In this document: positions 1 through 10,966 of the stretch, one piece after another | Numbering within the stretch: position 1 is the first letter of the stretch | How the letters are laid out: every line of letters begins with the position of its first letter | Assembly (NCBI GenBank): GCA_020438905.1 | Contig: JAGQTQ010000024.1 | Coordinates: 19,138-83,137, forward strand | Direction of reading: 5' to 3' | DNA: 64,000 nt | DNA from: Mycobacterium sp. | GTDB taxonomy: Bacteria; Actinomycetota; Actinomycetes; Mycobacteriales; Mycobacteriaceae | Program-made: the position numbers and the translations under genes | The notes under the pieces: model-generated | The model's input: the letters and a program-made list of their open reading frames with translations, nothing else | Databases searched by the model: none | Told to the model about the DNA's origin: nothing

Positions 1-711
1 AAGTACCGCCGATCGGTGCTGGGACCGTTCTGGATCACCATCGCCACCGGTACCACCGCAGTGGCGATGGGCCTGCTCTACTCCAAGCTGTTCAAACTGC
101 CGCTCTCCGAGCATCTTCCCTACGTGACGCTGGGTCTGATCATCTGGAACATGATCAACGCGGCCATCCTGGAGGGCTCGGAGGTCTTCATCGCCAACGA
201 GGGCCTGATCAAACAACTTCCGACCCCGCTGAGCGTGCATGTCTACCGGCTGGTGTGGCGCCAGATGATCCTGTTCGCGCACAACATCGTGATCTTCGTG
301 ATCATCGCGATCATCTTCCCCAAACCGTGGTCATGGGCCGACCTGACGGTTCTTCCCGCCCTGGCGCTGATCATGCTGAACTGCGTCTGGGTCTCGTTCT
401 GCTTCGGCATCCTGGCCACCCGCTACCGCGATATCGGCCCGCTGCTGTCCTCCCTGGTGCAGCTGCTGTTCTTCATGACGCCGATCATCTGGAACGCCGA
501 CACCCTCGAACAGCAGGGCGCCGGCGACTACTGGCGGATCATCGAACTGAACCCGCTTCTGCACTACCTGGACATCCTGCGCGCCCCCCTGCTGGGTGCC
601 CAGCAGGAACCACGGCACTGGATCGTCGTGATCGTGCTGACCGTGCTGGGCTGGGGTGCGGCCGCGCTGGCACTGCGGCAGTTCCGGGCCCGGGTGCCCT
701 ACTGGGTGTGA
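1..711 (+). CDS. wzm: ABC-2 permease Wzm (Rv3783/RfbD-like), 5'-truncated by the window edge
   Basis: Open frame from base 1 (KYRRSVLGPFW...), multiple TM helices, FFMTPIIW and NPLLHY motifs of ABC-2 permeases; position at the start of the cell-wall cluster. Confidence 0.85.
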   Translation, partial: KYRRSVLGPFWITIATGTTAVAMGLLYSKLFKLPLSEHLPYVTLGLIIWNMINAAILEGSEVFIANEGLIKQLPTPLSVHVYRLVWRQMILFAHNIVIFVIIAIIFPKPWSWADLTVLPALALIMLNCVWVSFCFGILATRYRDIGPLLSSLVQLLFFMTPIIWNADTLEQQGAGDYWRIIELNPLLHYLDILRAPLLGAQQEPRHWIVVIVLTVLGWGAAALALRQFRARVPYWV

Positions 712-723
712 GGGCCGACCGAC

Positions 724-1869
724 TCAACAGTGCAGCGGGGCCAGAGCGCCGGCGCGAACCAGTCCGACCGCGCGGTCGGACTCCTTGGGTCCGCGGCCCG
801 GGCCGGCCCAGAGATTCAGCGCGAGGGTGCCGCCCCTCGACGCCGTGACCATGTCGTACTGATCCGGGTTGCGCGGAGTCAATTCGGCCACCGCGCCCGA
901 TCGAGTGTCGACGATGGTCGCCGAAACTCCCAACGTTGACGTCATGCCACCCGCGCCGATGATGACGAACGAATCGAACACCAGGACGCGCGCGAATTTG
1001 GTCACGTCCGGGTGGAGGTCCACTCCGTTGACCTTGACGATTCCCGTCTGCGGTGACCAGTAGCCGATCCCGTCACCGCCGTGCGCCACATCAGCGATCC
1101 AGCCGAAGGCCGTGCCGTCGGTGCCGACCGAGGCCTTGTTGACCGACGGGATCGCGGCGACTGCGGCCGGCAGGTCGGCCGTAGTCCATGGCGCCCAGGA
1201 AGAACCGGTGCGAAGATCGCTGATCGGCCCGGCGGCAACATCGGTTTGCGTCCCGGTGGCCGGATCGAACGAGTGCACGACGCCGCTATCGCCGTTGTAG
1301 GTGTCGCGGGTGATCCAGTACGCCTTGCCTTCTGACAACACCACATCGTCGATAACGTTTCGGTCCGGCGTGGCCGCGGCATCCGCCGCGGACTGCTCGG
1401 CCACGGTGCGCAGCGACCCGACCTGCCGGTCGATGAGATCGATTCGCACTGTCTGGGGCAGTACTCCGTTGGCATCGCGCGGGTGACGAACAACCGCGAA
1501 CAGAATCCAGCGGTCATCGATCCCGGCATAGCCGATGGTGAACAGTTCGGGCCGCGCCATCGAAAAGAGTTGCCGAACCGACTTGTCGGTCCCTATCAGC
1601 AACAACTGCCGTTCTTCTCCGCTGTCCCTGACCGCGACGACCTCGCCCGAGGGACTGACCGCCCGAGGAGTGGTCGAGATGTCACCGGTGTCAACCGCGC
1701 TCGCGGCGATCGCCTCCGACCACTGGGCCGGCATATCGACCGTGCAGGTCCCCCGTTCGACGGGCGCCTCTTGCGCCATCCGGGGGTCGCCGCCCGTGTT
1801 CTGCCCGCACGCCGAGGCGACAAACAGCGGAATCGCCAACAAAAACGCCCTGGTAAGCACCCCCCTCAA
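724..1869 (-). CDS. Putative lipoprotein of unknown function
   Basis: 381-aa ORF with basic/hydrophobic N-terminus and lipobox-like FVASA|C; beta-strand-rich mature part. Confidence 0.65.
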   Translation of the reverse strand: MRGVLTRAFLLAIPLFVASACGQNTGGDPRMAQEAPVERGTCTVDMPAQWSEAIAASAVDTGDISTTPRAVSPSGEVVAVRDSGEERQLLLIGTDKSVRQLFSMARPELFTIGYAGIDDRWILFAVVRHPRDANGVLPQTVRIDLIDRQVGSLRTVAEQSAADAAATPDRNVIDDVVLSEGKAYWITRDTYNGDSGVVHSFDPATGTQTDVAAGPISDLRTGSSWAPWTTADLPAAVAAIPSVNKASVGTDGTAFGWIADVAHGGDGIGYWSPQTGIVKVNGVDLHPDVTKFARVLVFDSFVIIGAGGMTSTLGVSATIVDTRSGAVAELTPRNPDQYDMVTASRGGTLALNLWAGPGRGPKESDRAVGLVRAGALAPLHC

Positions 1870-1884
1870 CGCCCCCGCGCCGGG

Positions 1885-2319
1885 TCAGCTCGGCACGCCG
1901 CCATGCTGCGGTTCCGGACCGAACGTGAAGTGGCGAGCGGTCAACTCGGTGGGGGTCACCCGGACGTAGCGCAGTTTCTCGGTGGGGACCCAGGGCATGA
2001 GCCCGGCGCGGTCGGCCTCCTGGATCTCCTCGGCGCCGGTCAGCAACCGGGCGGTCCCGCGGACGATCACGCTCCAGCCCTCGGCCACGGTGTGGTCGTC
2101 GGCTTCGAACAGGACCTTTTCGTTCATCACCGTGGTGAAGAGTTTGGTTCCCTCAGCGGTGCGGAACAGGACGGTGTCGTTCTGTACGACGAAGTTGACC
2201 GGGAAAATCTCCAGTTGACCGCCGAATGACGTCACCAACCGGCCCAGCGCGACACTGGAAAGCCGGTTCCACGCCTCCCTGTCGTCGAGAACGGTTATCG
2301 GGCCATGTTCGATCGCCAT
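1885..2319 (-). CDS. Pyridoxamine 5'-phosphate oxidase-like (flavin/deazaflavin split-barrel) protein
   Basis: LGRL, IFPVNF, FRTAEGTKL, FEAD, GWSVIVRG motifs; ATG at 2319 (alternative 2328). Confidence 0.8.
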   Translation of the reverse strand: MAIEHGPITVLDDREAWNRLSSVALGRLVTSFGGQLEIFPVNFVVQNDTVLFRTAEGTKLFTTVMNEKVLFEADDHTVAEGWSVIVRGTARLLTGAEEIQEADRAGLMPWVPTEKLRYVRVTPTELTARHFTFGPEPQHGGVPS

Positions 2320-2393
2320 GGGCCACATAGTGTCTGCGCAACGGTCCGAGCGCAAGGGAAACGCTGCGATTCGGTGGCCTGAGTTCCATTCAC

Positions 2394-3044
2394 TCAGTCC
2401 GCAAACGGGACGCACAGGTCGGCCAACTCGGCGCGCATGTTCTCCCGCGCCGCGGCTTCCCAATGCTTTCGCCCGCGCGCGGTGCGGAACACCCCGGGAC
2501 CTTCCAGCAGCGCCACCAGAACCTGGATGCGATTCGCTCGGAAGACCTCCGTCGGGACGTGGGAGTACTCGGCCAGGATGGCCGCGGTGTTGTCCCGATA
2601 GCGATCCCGGGGCAGCGCCAGCGCGGCGAGGTCGGCATCGGAGAGCACCGCGCCGTTGCGATCCCCCGCCGCCGGATCGTGGGTGAGGGTCAGGCGCACC
2701 AGCCTGCCCACCTCCTCGACCAGTTCCGGCGCCACACCCAGGCCGTCCAGGTCCCGCTCCGCGCGCACCGCGCTGCGCTCCTCGTCGTCGGGCAGCCCGT
2801 CGTAGACCGCGTCGTGATACCAGGCCGCGAGGCGGACCGCGTCCAGGTTCTCGGCGTCGCCGGCGAGTTCCTCCACACGGGCGAGGATGTCGCGCAGGTG
2901 GGCCAGGCAGTGATAGCGGCGATGCGGCTCGGACCAGGCCTGGATCAATCGTCGCCCGACATCCGCCGCCTCGGGGTCGGTGGTGTGGCGGGCGATCAAC
3001 CCCGCCCACGAGTCGACAAGATCCTGCACACCGCCGTCGTGCAC
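2394..3044 (-). CDS. HD-domain metal-dependent phosphohydrolase
   Basis: [21 protein letters not shown] and LSDADL motifs; start codon uncertain. Confidence 0.8.
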   Translation of the reverse strand: MHDGGVQDLVDSWAGLIARHTTDPEAADVGRRLIQAWSEPHRRYHCLAHLRDILARVEELAGDAENLDAVRLAAWYHDAVYDGLPDDEERSAVRAERDLDGLGVAPELVEEVGRLVRLTLTHDPAAGDRNGAVLSDADLAALALPRDRYRDNTAAILAEYSHVPTEVFRANRIQVLVALLEGPGVFRTARGRKHWEAAARENMRAELADLCVPFAD

Positions 3045-3071
3045 ACCACCATCGTGCCCGTCCCGGCACCG

Positions 3072-3077
3072 TAAGCT
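3072..3077 (+). promoter_or_regulatory. -10 box (TAAGCT) of a probable leaderless transcript
   Basis: TANNNT 7 nt before ATG 3085, no Shine-Dalgarno. Confidence 0.5.
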
Positions 3078-3084
3078 TCCCGGG

Positions 3085-3504
3085 ATGGCCGAAATCGCCC
3101 ACCCGACACCGCTGAGCCTGAAAACTCAGGTGTTGCGCTTCGTGCTGACCGGCGGATTCTCGGCGATCGTCGACTTCGGCCTCTACCTGCTGCTCTACAA
3201 GTCATCCGGGGTTCAGGTCGACCTGGCCAAGGCGATCGGTTTCGTCGCCGGCACCCTCACCGCCTACCTGATCAACCGACGGTGGACCTTCGGCGCCGCC
3301 CCGAGTCGGTCGCGGTTCATCAAGGTGATGACGCTCTATGCCCTGACATTCGTCGTTCAGGTAGGTCTGAACCACCTGTGCCTGCGGATTCTGGAATACG
3401 AGGACTGGGCGGTCCCGGTCGCCTTCGTCGTCGCGCAGGGGACGGCGACCGTCATCAACTTCATCGTGCAGCGGGTGTGGATTTTCCGGCGGCCGGACGC
3501 CTAA
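3085..3504 (+). CDS. GtrA-family membrane protein (Rv3789-like, arabinan assembly)
   Basis: RFVLTGG...[23 protein letters not shown]; directly upstream of dprE1; ATG at 3085 preceded by TAAGCT. Confidence 0.9.
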   Translation: MAEIAHPTPLSLKTQVLRFVLTGGFSAIVDFGLYLLLYKSSGVQVDLAKAIGFVAGTLTAYLINRRWTFGAAPSRSRFIKVMTLYALTFVVQVGLNHLCLRILEYEDWAVPVAFVVAQGTATVINFIVQRVWIFRRPDA

Positions 3505-3523
3505 CGGGCAGGAGCGCAGGCGG

Positions 3524-3529
3524 TACCCT
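3524..3529 (+). promoter_or_regulatory. -10 box (TACCCT), probable leaderless dprE1
   Basis: TANNNT 7 nt before ATG 3537. Confidence 0.5.
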
Positions 3530-3536
3530 CGTCACG

Positions 3537-4922
3537 ATGTCCGCAACGCCCACATCCCAGCGGTTGACCGGCTGGGGCCGTACCGCCCCCAGCGTGGCCG
3601 AGGTTCTGTCGACCCCCGATGCCGAGGAGATCGTCAACGCCGTCGCCCGGGTCGCCGCCGAGGCGGCTGAAGGACGTACCCGGGGGGTGATCGCACGCGG
3701 CATGGGCCGTTCCTACGGCGACAACGCCCAGAACGGCGGCGGCCTGGTCATCGACATGGCCGCGCTGAACCGGATCCACTCCATCGACGCAGCCTCCCGC
3801 ATGGTCGACGTCGACGGCGGGGTGAGCCTGGACCAGCTGATGAAGGCCGCGCTGCCGTGCGGACTGTGGGTCCCGGTGTTGCCCGGCACCCGGCAGGTGA
3901 CCATCGGTGGCGCCATCGGCTGCGACATCCACGGCAAGAACCACCACAGTGCCGGCAGCTTCGGCAACCATGTGCGGTCGATGGACCTGCTGACCGCCGA
4001 CGGGCAGGTGCGCACCGTCACACCGGACGGACCGGAGGCCGAACTGTTCTGGGCCACCGTCGGCGGCAACGGGCTGACCGGAATCATTCTGCGCGCCACC
4101 ATCGAGATGACCCCGACCGAGACGGCATACTTCATCGCCGACGGCGATGTCACCCGAGACCTGGACGAGACCATCGCCTTCCACAGCGACGGCAGCGAGG
4201 CCGACTACACCTACTCCAGCGCCTGGTTCGACGCCATCAGCCCACCGCCGAAACTGGGCCGTGCCGCCATCTCCCGCGGTTCGCTGGCCCGGCTGGACCA
4301 GCTGCCCGAGAAGTTGCAGCGCAATCCGCTGAAATTCGATGCGCCCCAGCTGTTGACGTTCCCCGACATCTTCCCCAACGGACTGGCCAACAAATACACC
4401 TTCGGCCCCATCGGTGAACTCTGGTACCGCAAGTCCGGGACCTACCGGAACAAGGTGCAGAACCTGACGCAGTTCTATCACCCGCTGGACATGTTCGGGG
4501 AGTGGAACCGCGCCTACGGACCGGCCGGCTTCCTGCAATACCAATTCGTGGTTCCCACCGAGGCGGTCGAGGAGTTCAAGGCGATCATCGTCGACATCCA
4601 GGCCTCCGGTCACTACTCGTTCCTCAACGTGTTCAAGCTCTTCGGACCCGGAAACCGAGCGCCGCTGAGTTTCCCCATCCCCGGGTGGAACGTCTGCGTC
4701 GACTTCCCCATCAAGGCCGGTTTGAGCGAGTTCGTGACCGAACTCGACCGCCGGGTGCTGCAGTTCGGCGGCCGGCTCTACACCGCCAAGGACTCCCGCA
4801 CCAGCGCCGAGACCTTCCACGCCATGTACCCGCGCATCGACGAGTGGATCGCGGTGCGCCGCAGGGTGGACCCGCACGCCGTGTTCGCATCCGACATGGC
4901 CCGACGTTTGGAGTTGCTGTAA
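3537..4922 (+). CDS. dprE1: Decaprenylphosphoryl-beta-D-ribose oxidase
   Basis: [55 protein letters not shown]; 461 aa. Confidence 0.97.
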   Translation: MSATPTSQRLTGWGRTAPSVAEVLSTPDAEEIVNAVARVAAEAAEGRTRGVIARGMGRSYGDNAQNGGGLVIDMAALNRIHSIDAASRMVDVDGGVSLDQLMKAALPCGLWVPVLPGTRQVTIGGAIGCDIHGKNHHSAGSFGNHVRSMDLLTADGQVRTVTPDGPEAELFWATVGGNGLTGIILRATIEMTPTETAYFIADGDVTRDLDETIAFHSDGSEADYTYSSAWFDAISPPPKLGRAAISRGSLARLDQLPEKLQRNPLKFDAPQLLTFPDIFPNGLANKYTFGPIGELWYRKSGTYRNKVQNLTQFYHPLDMFGEWNRAYGPAGFLQYQFVVPTEAVEEFKAIIVDIQASGHYSFLNVFKLFGPGNRAPLSFPIPGWNVCVDFPIKAGLSEFVTELDRRVLQFGGRLYTAKDSRTSAETFHAMYPRIDEWIAVRRRVDPHAVFASDMARRLELL

Positions 4923-5687
4923 ATGGTCATCGATGCGGTGGGTAACCCCCAGACGATCCTGCTGCTCGGCGGCACCTCGGAGATCGGGCTGGCGATCTGC
5001 GAGCGCTATCTGCGCGACGCGCCGGCCCGCATCGTCCTGGCCGCGCTGCCCGGTGATCCGGGCCGAGACGACGCCGTCGCCCAGATGACCCGCGCCGGAG
5101 CCAAATCGGTCGAGGTGGTCGACTTCGACGCCGTCGACACCGCAAGCCACCCGGCGGTGATCGACACCTGTTTCGGCTCCGGTGATGTCGATGTCGCGAT
5201 CGTGGCGTTCGGGCTTCTCGGCGACGCCGAGGAGCTGTGGCAGGACCAGCGCAAGGCCGTCCAGATCGCCGAGATCAACTACACTGCAGCGGTTTCGGTG
5301 GGGGTGCTGCTCGGGGAGAAGATGCGAGCGCAGGGTTTCGGGCGGATCATCGCGATGAGTTCGGCGGCCGGTGAGCGGGTGCGCCGGTCGAACTTCGTCT
5401 ACGGCTCCACCAAGGCCGGACTCGACGGCTTCTATCTCGGCCTCGGCGAGGCCCTGCGTCCGTTCGGGGTGAACGTTCTGGTGATCCGCCCCGGCCAGGT
5501 GCGCACCCGGATGAGCGCCCACGTCAAGGAAGCCCCGCTGACCGTGGACAAGGAGTACGTCGCCGACCTGGCCGTCACCGCCTCGGCCAAGGGCAAGGAT
5601 CTGGTCTGGGCGCCGGGCGCCTTCCGCTACGTCATGATGGTGCTGCGCCACATCCCGAGGCCCATCTTCCGCAAACTGCCGATCTGA
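4923..5687 (+). CDS. dprE2: Decaprenylphosphoryl-2-keto-D-erythro-pentose reductase (SDR)
   Basis: [27 protein letters not shown] catalytic motif; abuts dprE1. Confidence 0.97.
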   Translation: MVIDAVGNPQTILLLGGTSEIGLAICERYLRDAPARIVLAALPGDPGRDDAVAQMTRAGAKSVEVVDFDAVDTASHPAVIDTCFGSGDVDVAIVAFGLLGDAEELWQDQRKAVQIAEINYTAAVSVGVLLGEKMRAQGFGRIIAMSSAAGERVRRSNFVYGSTKAGLDGFYLGLGEALRPFGVNVLVIRPGQVRTRMSAHVKEAPLTVDKEYVADLAVTASAKGKDLVWAPGAFRYVMMVLRHIPRPIFRKLPI

Positions 5688-5695
5688 GGTCGCCG

Positions 5696-7636
5696 GTGCA
5701 GTCGGTGCGCAACGGCCTGTCGGCCGCCGCGGAGATGGTGCTGGCGGCGGTCGTGGCGGTTGTCGTTTCCGTGGTCGCACTGGAGGCCATCGCGCGGGTG
5801 GAGTGGCCGGCCTTCCCGTCCTCCAACCAGCTTCACGCGCTGACGACCGCGGGCCAGGTCGGCATCCTGCTCGGACTGGTCGCCATGGGGTGGCTGTGGC
5901 GGTGGAACCGCGGGCTTTCCCGTCCGGTGGCGCGGCTCGGCGCTGTGGCGCTGCTGTCCGGCTTCGCCGTCGTGACGCTCGGAATGCCGTTGGGCGCCAC
6001 CAAGCTCTACCTTTTCGGGATCTCGGTGGATCAGCAGTTCCGCACCGAGTACCTCACCCGCCTGACCGACAGCCCGGCGCTGCACGACATGACCTACGCC
6101 GGCCTTCCGCCGTTCTACCCGCCCGGCTGGTTCTGGCTCGGCGGTCGAGCCGCCGCCTTCACCGGAACCCCGGCCTGGGAGATGTTCAAGCCGTGGGCCG
6201 TGGTCTCCATCGCCATCGCGGTCGCGGGGGCCTTCGTCCTGTGGTCGCGACTGATCCGCTTCGAGTACGCGCTGGCGGTCACCGCAGCCACCGCGGCGGT
6301 CACCCTGGCGTTCAGTTCACCAGAGCCCTACAGCGCGATCATCACGGTGTTGATCCCACCGGTATTGGTGCTGGCATGGTCCGGCCTGCAGGGCGGGGCT
6401 GGGCCACGGGACCCTGGGCCACGGGACTCAGAACCACGGCGCCCGGGGCCGCAACACTCGGGGCCGCAACACTCGGGGTGGGCGGCCATCGTCGGGGTCG
6501 GGGCGTTCCTCGGGTTCGCCGCCACCTTCTACACCCTGCTGCTGGCATACACCGCCTTCACCGTCACCGTCATGGCCGGAGCGGCCGCCGTTCTTCGGCG
6601 AAGCCTCGGCCCGTTGCTGCGACTGGTGGTGATCGCCGTGATCGCGGCGGCGATCGGGGCGATCACCTGGCTGCCGTTCCTGCTGCGGGCGGCCCGCGGC
6701 CCACTGGGCGACACCGGGACCGCCCAGCACTATCTGCCCGCCGACGGCGCGGTGCTGAACTTCCCGATGCTGCACTTCTCGATGCTCGGCGCGCTGTGCA
6801 TGCTCGGGACGCTGTGGCTGGCCTGGCGGGCACGAACTTCCACCCGGGCCGGCGCGCTCGGCATCGGGGTGCTCGCCCTCTACGCCTGGTCGTTGCTGTC
6901 GATGCTGACCACCCTGGTCGGCACCACGCTGCTGTCCTTCCGCCTCCAGCCCACCCTGACCGTCCTTCTCGCGGCCGCCGGGGTCTTCGGTTTCCTCGAT
7001 ATGACCGATGCCGCCGCACGGCGGTGGGGACGGCCTTCTTTCGCAGTGGCCACGGCCGTCGGCCTGATCGGAGCCATCGGGTTCAGCCAGGACATCCCGC
7101 AGGTGCTGCGCCCGGACATCAACGTGGCCTACACCGACACCGACGGTGACGGGCAGCGCGGCGACCGCAGGCCGCCCGGGTCGGAGAAGCACTACCCGCG
7201 GATCGACGCCGCCATCCGCGAGGCCACCGGCAGGCCCCGCGACGAGACGATCGTCATGACCGCCGACTACAGCTTCCTGTCCTATTACCCCTACTACGGC
7301 TTCCAGGGGTTGACCTCGCACTACGCCAACCCGCTGGCCGAATTCGACCGACGCGCCGCCGCCATCGAGTCGTGGGGCGAGGCGAAAAGCCCCGAGGAGT
7401 TCGTCAAGGCCCTGGATGCCATGCCCTGGCAGCCGCCGACGGTGTTCCTGATGCGCCGCGGGGGCGCGGCCGGCTCGGCCGACACCTACACCTTGCGGCT
7501 CGCCGAAGACGTGTACCCGAACCAACCCAACGTGCGCCGCTACACCGTGGATCTGGACGCCGGATTGTTCGCCGAACCGCACTTCACCGTCACCACGATC
7601 GGACCCTTCGTGCTGGCGATCCGGAATCGGGCGTAA
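5696..7636 (+). CDS. aftA: Arabinofuranosyltransferase AftA
   Basis: [42 protein letters not shown]; located between dprE2 and embC. Confidence 0.95.
   Translation: MQSVRNGLSAAAEMVLAAVVAVVVSVVALEAIARVEWPAFPSSNQLHALTTAGQVGILLGLVAMGWLWRWNRGLSRPVARLGAVALLSGFAVVTLGMPLGATKLYLFGISVDQQFRTEYLTRLTDSPALHDMTYAGLPPFYPPGWFWLGGRAAAFTGTPAWEMFKPWAVVSIAIAVAGAFVLWSRLIRFEYALAVTAATAAVTLAFSSPEPYSAIITVLIPPVLVLAWSGLQGGAGPRDPGPRDSEPRRPGPQHSGPQHSGWAAIVGVGAFLGFAATFYTLLLAYTAFTVTVMAGAAAVLRRSLGPLLRLVVIAVIAAAIGAITWLPFLLRAARGPLGDTGTAQHYLPADGAVLNFPMLHFSMLGALCMLGTLWLAWRARTSTRAGALGIGVLALYAWSLLSMLTTLVGTTLLSFRLQPTLTVLLAAAGVFGFLDMTDAAARRWGRPSFAVATAVGLIGAIGFSQDIPQVLRPDINVAYTDTDGDGQRGDRRPPGSEKHYPRIDAAIREATGRPRDETIVMTADYSFLSYYPYYGFQGLTSHYANPLAEFDRRAAAIESWGEAKSPEEFVKALDAMPWQPPTVFLMRRGGAAGSADTYTLRLAEDVYPNQPNVRRYTVDLDAGLFAEPHFTVTTIGPFVLAIRNRA
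6401..6475 (+). repeat. Five degenerate 15-bp tandem units within aftA ([25 protein letters not shown])
   Basis: gggccacgggaccct / gggccacgggactca / gaaccacggcgcccg / gggccgcaacactcg x2. Confidence 0.85.
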
Positions 7637-7669
7637 TTTTCCGCGGCCGGGCAATTACGATCTAGCCCC

Positions 7670-10600
7670 GTGACGCAGACCCGGGCGAACTACCACTCCG
7701 CCCGTCTGGTGGCCGCCGTCGCCGGCCTTCTCGGCGCCCTGCTGGCGATCCTGACGCCGTTCCTGCCGGTCAAGCAGACCACCGCGGAGCTGAACTGGCC
7801 CCAGAACGGCACCCTCGACAGCGTCACCGCCCCACTGATCGGTTATGTGCCGACCGAGTTGACCATCACCGTGCCCTGCACGGTGGCCGCCGGGCTCGAC
7901 GACACCCGTTCGGTCCTGCTCTCCACGGTTCCCAAACAGGCGCCCAAGGCGGTCGACCGCGGTCTGCTGATTCAGCGGGCCAACAGCGATCTGGTGGTCG
8001 TGGTGCGCAACACCCCCGTCGTGGTGGCACCGATGGCACAGGTACTCAGCCCGGCCTGTCAGGAGCTGCGCTTCACCGCCCACGCCGACAAGGTCACCGG
8101 GGAGTTCGTCGGCCTGACCAAGGGGCGCGACAGCGACGACCCGGGCGCAGCGCTTCGCGGTGAACGCGGCGGGTACGACTTCCGGCCGCAGATCGTCGGT
8201 GTCTTCACCGACCTGTCCGGACCGGCACCGCCAGGTCTGAGTTTCGCCGCGACCATCGACTCCCGCTACAGCACCGCCCCGACCGTACTGAAGATGGCGG
8301 CGATGGCGTTGGGCGTACTGCTCACCCTCGCCGCCCTGATCGCACTGCACGTTCTCGACACCGCCGACGGGATGCGGCATCGCCGCTTCCTGCCGGCCCG
8401 GTGGTGGTCGCTGACCGGACTGGACGGACTCGTGCTGGCCATCCTGGTGTGGTGGCACTTCGTCGGCGCCAACACCTCCGACGACGGCTACATCCTCACC
8501 ATGGCCCGCGTCTCGGAGAACGCCGGCTACATGGCCAACTACTACCGCTGGTTCGGCACCCCGGAGGCGCCGTTCGGCTGGTACTACGACCTGCTGGCGA
8601 TGTGGGCGCACGTGTCCACCGCCAGCATCTGGATGCGGCTGCCCACGCTGTTGATGGCGCTGGCGTGCTGGTGGCTGATCAGCCGGGAGGTGATTCCCCG
8701 GCTCGGCGCCGCCGTCAAACACAGCCGCACCGCCGTCTGGACCGCCGCGGGCCTGTTCCTGGCTTTCTGGCTGCCCCTGAACAACGGCCTGCGCCCCGAG
8801 CCGATCATCGCGCTCGGCATCCTGGCCACCTGGTGCTCGGTGGAGCGCGGCGTGGCCACCAGCCGCCTGCTGCCGGTGGCGACCGCCTGCATCATCGGCG
8901 CGCTGACATTGTTCTCGGGCCCGACCGGTATCGCCTCGATCGGCGCACTACTGGTGGCGATCGGACCGCTGCGCACGATCGTCGGCCGCCGCTCGCGGCA
9001 GTTCGGTTTGCTTCCGCTGCTGGCTCCGATCGCGGCCGCGGCGACGGTGCCGATCATCCTGATGTTCCGGGACCAGACCTTCACCGCCGTCTCCCAGGCC
9101 ACCGCGCTCAAGCGCGCGGTGGGCCCCAGCCTGAGCTGGTTCGACGAGCACACCCGCTACGAGCGGCTGATGATGGCCACTCCGGACGGCTCGATCGCCC
9201 GGCGTTTCGCGGTGCTGGCCCTGATCGTCGCACTGGCGGTGTCGGTCGCGATGATGCTGCGCCGCGGCCACATCACCGGCACCGCCGCCGGGCCGAGCCG
9301 GCGCATCATCGGCATCACCGTCATCTCGTTCCTGGCGATGATGTTCACCCCGACCAAGTGGACACACCACTTCGGCGTCTTCGCCGGGCTGGCCGGATCG
9401 GTCGGCGCGCTGGCCGCCGTCGCCGTCACCCCGCACGTGCTCGGATCACGCCGCAACAGGGCGGTGTTCGCCGCCGCAACGCTGTTCGTGACGGCGCTGT
9501 CCTTCGCCAGCGTCAACGGATGGTGGTACGTCTCGAACTTCGGCGTGCCGTGGGCCAACCAGTTCCCCGAGTGGCGGCTGGGGTTCACCACGGTGCTGCT
9601 GGGCCTGACCTTCGTCGCGCTCCTGGTAGCCACCTATTTCCACTTCGCCGACACCGACCGGCCCCTGGGCCGGGAGGAACGGACCGGGGAGGGATCGCCG
9701 AGGTGGTGGTCACGGCTGACCGGCTCACCCCTGGCGGTGGCGGCCTGGCTGTTGGTGGTCTTCGAGGTCGTCTCACTGACGCTGGGCATGGTCAACCAGT
9801 ACCCGGCCTGGTCGGTGGGCCGGTCGAACCTGCAGGCCCTCACCGGAAAGACCTGTGGACTGGCCGACGACGTACTGGTCGAACCCGACCCGAATGTCGG
9901 GCTGCTGCAACCGGTCGGCGTGCCGGCCGGCCAAGCACTGGGGTCGGCGCTCGCAGAAGGGTTCACCCCCAACGGGATCCCGGTCGACATCGCCACCAAC
10001 CCGGTGAAGGAACCGCCCGGCAGCGGCAACTTCGTCGACGCCGACACCGAGGAGGCCACCGCCGAGCAGACCGGAACCGAAGCGGGCCCGGCCGGGATCA
10101 ACGGCTCGAAGGTCGCACTGCCCTACGGACTGGACCCGGCCACGACACCGGTGCTGGGCAGTTGGCGCTCCGGAGTCCAGCAACCGGCACGGCTGCGCTC
10201 GGCCTGGTACCGCCTGCCGCCGCGGGAAACCGTGGGCGGGGACTCCGCACCGCTGTTGGTGGTCTCGGCGGCCGGCCGTTTCGACCAGGACGAGGTCACC
10301 GTGCAATGGGCGACCGACAAGCAGGCCGCCGAGGGCAAGGCGGGCGGCTCGCTCGGGTTCGCCGACATCGGGCCGGCGCCGTCGTGGCGGAACCTGCGGG
10401 CCCCGCTGGCGGCCATTCCCTCGGATGCGACCCTGATCCGGGTGGTGGCCGTCGACGACGACCTGGCCCCGCAGCACTGGATCGCCGTCACCCCGCCCCG
10501 CATCCCCAAACTGCGCACCCTGCAGGATCTCGTGGGTTCGCAGCAGCCGGTGCTGCTGGACTGGCTGGTGGGGCTGGCCTTCCCGTGCCAGCGGCCGTTC

Positions 10601-10894
10601 GGCCACAACGTCGGCGTCACCGAAGTGCCGAAGTGGCGGATTCTGCCGGACCGCTTCGGCGCGGAGTCCAACTCCCCGGTGATGGACAACATCGGTGGAG
10701 GCCCGCTGGGTATCAGCGAGCTGTTGTTCCGCGCGACGACGGTGCCCAGCTATCTGAAGGACGATTGGTTCCGCGATTGGGGTGCGCTGCAGCGGCTGAC
10801 TCCGTTCTATCCGGATGCGGCGCCGGCGCGGCTGGATCTGGGCACCGCCATCCGCAGCGGGTTCTGGAGCCCGGCCCCGTTGCGGCCCACCTGA
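7670..10894 (+). CDS. embC: Arabinosyltransferase EmbC
   Basis: [35 protein letters not shown]; first emb paralog; TACGAT -10 at 7656-7661. Confidence 0.96.
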   Translation: MTQTRANYHSARLVAAVAGLLGALLAILTPFLPVKQTTAELNWPQNGTLDSVTAPLIGYVPTELTITVPCTVAAGLDDTRSVLLSTVPKQAPKAVDRGLLIQRANSDLVVVVRNTPVVVAPMAQVLSPACQELRFTAHADKVTGEFVGLTKGRDSDDPGAALRGERGGYDFRPQIVGVFTDLSGPAPPGLSFAATIDSRYSTAPTVLKMAAMALGVLLTLAALIALHVLDTADGMRHRRFLPARWWSLTGLDGLVLAILVWWHFVGANTSDDGYILTMARVSENAGYMANYYRWFGTPEAPFGWYYDLLAMWAHVSTASIWMRLPTLLMALACWWLISREVIPRLGAAVKHSRTAVWTAAGLFLAFWLPLNNGLRPEPIIALGILATWCSVERGVATSRLLPVATACIIGALTLFSGPTGIASIGALLVAIGPLRTIVGRRSRQFGLLPLLAPIAAAATVPIILMFRDQTFTAVSQATALKRAVGPSLSWFDEHTRYERLMMATPDGSIARRFAVLALIVALAVSVAMMLRRGHITGTAAGPSRRIIGITVISFLAMMFTPTKWTHHFGVFAGLAGSVGALAAVAVTPHVLGSRRNRAVFAAATLFVTALSFASVNGWWYVSNFGVPWANQFPEWRLGFTTVLLGLTFVALLVATYFHFADTDRPLGREERTGEGSPRWWSRLTGSPLAVAAWLLVVFEVVSLTLGMVNQYPAWSVGRSNLQALTGKTCGLADDVLVEPDPNVGLLQPVGVPAGQALGSALAEGFTPNGIPVDIATNPVKEPPGSGNFVDADTEEATAEQTGTEAGPAGINGSKVALPYGLDPATTPVLGSWRSGVQQPARLRSAWYRLPPRETVGGDSAPLLVVSAAGRFDQDEVTVQWATDKQAAEGKAGGSLGFADIGPAPSWRNLRAPLAAIPSDATLIRVVAVDDDLAPQHWIAVTPPRIPKLRTLQDLVGSQQPVLLDWLVGLAFPCQRPFGHNVGVTEVPKWRILPDRFGAESNSPVMDNIGGGPLGISELLFRATTVPSYLKDDWFRDWGALQRLTPFYPDAAPARLDLGTAIRSGFWSPAPLRPT

Positions 10895-10952
10895 GTCTGC
10901 CGACGCAACCCGGCCGGGCAGCCCGGAGCCCGGTTATCGGAGTGAAATCGCC

Positions 10953-10958
10953 TACCAT
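10953..10958 (+). promoter_or_regulatory. embAB -10 box (TACCAT)
   Basis: TANNNT 8 nt before GTG 10967 in the embC-embA intergenic region. Confidence 0.6.
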
Positions 10959-10966
10959 CGACGCTC

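Noticed and set aside
1885-3102. 405-aa ORF suggesting a long fusion protein
   Set aside because: Only the last ~145 codons are a recognisable domain; the rest is an off-frame overlap with the HD gene
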